Positions 59,945 to 64,000 of a stretch of DNA of 64,000 nt are shown here, in pieces. Position 1 is the first letter of the stretch. Every line of letters begins with the position of its first letter. The position numbers and the translations under genes were made by a program. Origin of the DNA: Acanthaster planci (Eukaryota); NCBI RefSeq assembly GCF_001949145.1, contig NW_019091356.1, positions 1,987,667 through 2,051,666 of the forward strand. Reading direction: 5' to 3'. The notes beneath the pieces are model-generated. The model was given only the letters and a program-made list of their open reading frames with translations. It was not told the DNA's origin and did not search any database.

Positions 59945-60502
59945 GTTCTCTCAAGATCACAAGAGTTTGTCGTCCTCGTCAGAATTTCTGAGTACGGAGT
60001 CACTGAAGTCACTTGTTGGTTTGATGTAAATTCTCCTGTGTTGTGTGTGTATTAATACGACAGTAGCAACCTACCTCAACTCTCCGATTTTCTTCACTGT
60101 CAATTGATTAGAAATGTGGAAAAGATGGGAGATCTGGGAGTGTTGGACACTCTCCCATTTTGACCATTCTTGGTGCATGACCCTAAATATGCCCAGGTAA
60201 TAATGCAGCGGTTGTGGATCTTAACTTACCCAAAGGAACCCCAATACCGCAGTGACCCAAAACCCATGACTGGTGCAGACCTTTCTTAACTTCAATTTTC
60301 ATTTTGGCAAATTTTAAAACACTCTTTGCCAAGAATTGTATGTTCACCTACTGCCTATGCTCGGCTGTGATACTCCCAGCAGCAAAGGTGGTCCAAATCT
60401 GGAAGCCATATTATACCATGTAGTTTAAAAGAATGGACATTTCGGATATCATCCAATTAATATAAATGATCCGTATGCACTTGTGAAGTAAGTAGTCACC
60501 AG

Positions 60503-60754
60503 CAAAGATTATATAGCGCCGTGTAGCGGTGCAAGATGGGTAATTTGGCCATAAAGGTGTTATCACCATGGGCGCCATTCGAGTGTGAACGTTCATGTGT
60601 GTGCGTGTCTGTCGTGGTGCCTGCGCCTGTGCATTAACATGCACTGCGCAGGCGTAGTCCAACCAGAATGGCCCCCATGTGATAACAACATTTTACGCGT
60701 ATTCACGGTGCAGTTCCCCATCTTACGCCGCTATGCGGCGCTATACGATCTTTG
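60503..60754. mobile_element. Fold-back MITE with 8-bp TSD (P- or hAT-like), probably in the KIF28 3'UTR
   Basis: GTCACCAG duplicated at 60495-60502 and 60755-60762; termini CAAAGAT..ATCTTTG; nested inverted repeats. Confidence 0.85.
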
Positions 60755-62884
60755 GTCACCAGTGCCTTAGCGCTTCACTTAACGAAGTGAAATCAACTGA
60801 AGATCCAAGTAGAATTGGTTTCTTACAATAACAGTTTCTAAGACAGAGCCCACAGGATTATTAATAGTCAGTACTAATTTTGACGTTTCCCCAAGAGACA
60901 AGTTTGTCATTGTGCTTTCCTGCCGGTCACCACTTGGGGGTCTTGATTGTACATATATTCAGATCTAGGTTCTTGTATTAAAATGAATTAACTTCACTGT
61001 CTTCTATAAGAGTTCAAAGTTGGAGTCTGAAGGTCACGGCACATGAGCCAAGATGTCCTTGTTATGCGGTACTAGACTATGCACTGATGTATTTATTTAC
61101 CACCAAAGAGTACCAACAGCATTCGTTTCCATTATTGCAGAGTTTTATAGATCCAAGCCAATGGATAAAGTGCCTTTATGTTTTGGCAAATCTTGTATTG
61201 ATTAGATATATTAATTTTTAAAGAAATGTATTTGTTGAGGCTACATATAGTTGCCTATATTACTCTGATTTATTCTGACCACTTTACCTCAATTGTCTGA
61301 ATAGCTGAACATGCAGGCAACAATTGTTGACGATGGCTCCTGTGATCTTGTAGATTGAAATCTGTGGCTATCCGAGCAGTTTCCTTGTCTGACTTCACCC
61401 TTTGAGGTCTGAAATTATATGTACATTTTGAAATGTTATTTCCAGGGTATTTTTCATCCCTCCTTTCATTTCAGCAGTGTGTATTTGCATACTTTGTGGT
61501 TTTTAATACTGGACTGAGGTGTTTCTCATGTAAATATCACTATAAAATATAAATTTCCATAATGAAAATAACATTCCATAATTATATAAATGTGATAAAC
61601 AAAGCTAGCCTAAAATGGAAAGAGACAAGATTGAATTGGTAAATTTGATAATCTAACTGTATTTTTTGTGTGTGAACTTTCAGAGAAAAAAAGAGGAATT
61701 TACTGTAGCATTGTATATAATTGCTCAAAAGAAAATAAATATAAGAGATGTTTAATGTCTTCCTCTTATATGAATCCACATATTCATACTTATGTATGAA
61801 TTTTCAACCATAAACTCTCAGGAAAGTTTGTAAAACGTTTCTAGCCTTTATTAAGGAACTTCCAAGACACTTTGGAAAGGTGATAATGAAATGGACCCCC
61901 TTCCCAAGAGGAAGATTGTCTTTTTTTGTTATTTTTTTAAAGTAAATTTCAATTAGGGAAGGGGTGGCCCCTCGTGTACATGTTCACTCACATGCCTTTG
62001 TGCACCACTTAATTGGGAGCGCAGCTTTTGTCAAAGTAATCCCAAAGACATTAACCCTAACAGTCCTCAGTCCTCTAACAGGTGAAGGATTGAGGACTCT
62101 TAGGGTTAATGCTTCCAAGTTGGATTTTTCACTACTTCAAAATGAAGTTCTGAAGAGGTACATGTACCTACACAGGTTTTTTTTTTTTATTTCTACATTT
62201 CACCACCAAAATATACCTGAACAGAAAGAGGCTACAAATTAAAAATCTCATCTAGATACTAGATTATCAAACAATAAGTCACCATTACTAACCAAGGTCA
62301 ATTTTCAGTCCCAAGAACCTTACCGGGAACATGTCCATGTTCTTCTGTACTGTGGGTCGTATTGTACCAAATAGGTCATTCGCACTTTCTAGGAACAATG
62401 AAAAAGGGACAAATCACATTTTATGTTAATTAGTGTGGCCCATATCAGTAGTAGTACATGTACATGACCCTGGTTGATACAAAATTATATCAAATGTTGA
62501 ATAGTGGCAGAAAGTATGCATGGGAAGCAGATTTTTTTGGGGGCGGGCTTTTCTAAGTAAAGAAAGAACTCAAAGTAGCAGGCTCAGGAACAGTGATGGG
62601 GCTCTTTTTTCAGATATTCCAATGAAAACAGGCAACCCCACAGGACATTTTGCCATGCTGTACATTCTTTTTCTGGGGGGGTGGGTCACTTTTCAAAGAG
62701 GGAGTACCCCCTCTCTGGCATAATGTACAGACCTGAAAGGAAATGTGCATATCCTCAAATATTTTACACCTATGTTGCAAAATACCCAGCATGTTTCATT
62801 AATTGCTTTGGGGGGGTCAACAGAGCACTAACAGGGTCCAATGCAAATTTTAATCAGTTTTCCCTAGCGATCTAACTTTGCTCA

Positions 62885-64000
62885 CACAAGTGAATCAAGG
62901 AATAAGGTGTACAGCTTGTCAATGGTCAGTGAAAAATGATATGAAAATAAATGCTACCAAAACCCAAGAACTGTTGATATGCTTCTGTAAAGACTTGCCC
63001 CATGCTGCTATTTGGCCAAACAAACTCTGTAGAGGAAAAACCCGTAGCACGCGTTAGTCCAGCTAAAATTCCTGGCATAATTCTCTCCTTTGATTTAACT
63101 TGGAACGCACATGTCAACTACATGTAAACTGCCTGTAAAAGACTGTATATGCTGTACCAACCTATGCGTGCTGGAATTAATCAGAGTGATTTGTTAACAA
63201 TTTACAAGTCTATGATAAAACCTGTTCTGGAGTATGCTTGTCAAATGTGGCACAGTAGTTTACACAAATATCTGAGTGATAAGATTGAAAGTGTCCACAG
63301 ACGAGCTCTGAAGTCAATAAAACCAGGTCAAGACTACAATTAAGAGGACCCTGCGTCTAGTTAATATGCAAACTCTCAGTGAAAGATGCAGTAAACTTTG
63401 TAAGTCACACTTCAGTCAACTCAAGAAAACTGATTTCCCCACCTCCTGCTTGAGCCTTGTGTAATGAGCCATGCACTGAGATCCGCCCCTGAATACTCAA
63501 ATGCCCTCAAACCCAAACAGGTTTAAGAATTCGCTTATTCCCCGGTGCTTCTTCAATCATTAGTTCCTTCTACCAATCTAATTTTGGTCTAATGATCCTC
63601 CTGCTGTGTATATACTGGCACCTGCAACAAGTTTTAAAACTAAGTAAGCATATTTTAATTTTATTCCAGATTTTGAGATTTGTTTGGCTTTTTTTCTAAT
63701 GATTTATTTATTTATATCCTCATTTTTGTAATTTTGGTTTTAAGTTTATTTGTTAGTGTTTTATCAGTAATTTTGATGTTTCTGAATGTTGTTGAGTTAG
63801 GTTTCTGAGGCTGTCCTGGTGATCTTGTGTTTGATGTATCTCTTATTATCATAGTGCAATTTTATGTGATTCTTTTGGCTTACCATATTTAAGAATTTAG
63901 TGTAAATTTTCCTGGTCTTTTTTCAAACAAAGTATGTATTTTAGCATCTTAATTTTAACAAGTGTACAATCCAATCAAATTATCAATCAATCAATCAATC
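62885..64000 (+). mobile_element. 5'-truncated, decayed non-LTR retrotransposon (CR1/L2-group) RT C-terminus, 3'UTR and (AATC)n tail
   Basis: WSVKNDMKINATKTQEL, DLTWNAHV, KRLYMLYQ..YKSMIKPVLEYACQMWH..IESVHRRAL with stops and frameshifts; T-rich 3'UTR; (aatc)n at the window end. Confidence 0.88.

Noticed and set aside
63149..63343. Host gene from the 64-aa ORF
   Set aside because: It is part of a stop- and frameshift-disrupted LINE reverse transcriptase tail.

Overview
Intron-rich eukaryotic DNA from an invertebrate animal (GC-rich exons, AT-rich introns, MITE/SINE/LINE debris); the taxon cannot be fixed from the sequence. Five spliced genes were rebuilt by hand with phase-consistent exons: PEX11G (-, 4 coding exons, 250 aa), head-to-head with a CENP-E/kinesin-7 gene (+, 25 exons, ~2341 aa, ends CATQ); a 95-aa C15orf48/NMES1-type NDUFA4-family microprotein gene (-, 4 tiny exons, not recoverable from the ORF track); PFDN5 (+, 6 exons, 159 aa); and a KIF28-type kinesin-3 (+, 21 exons, 979 aa, ends CAVM). 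Highlights: two minor-spliceosome (U12) introns in adjacent genes (GT-AG in PFDN5, AT-AC in KIF28) plus possible U12 relics; a CaaX micro-exon on KIF28 that intronic polyadenylation could drop; a paired HRE-like motif upstream of the NMES1-like gene; a Mutator-like MITE carrying a tRNA-like sequence; a minisatellite built from an exon/donor junction; a 722-bp triplication; decayed gene relics; and a 3' LINE fragment. Homology calls rest on recalled motifs, not database searches.
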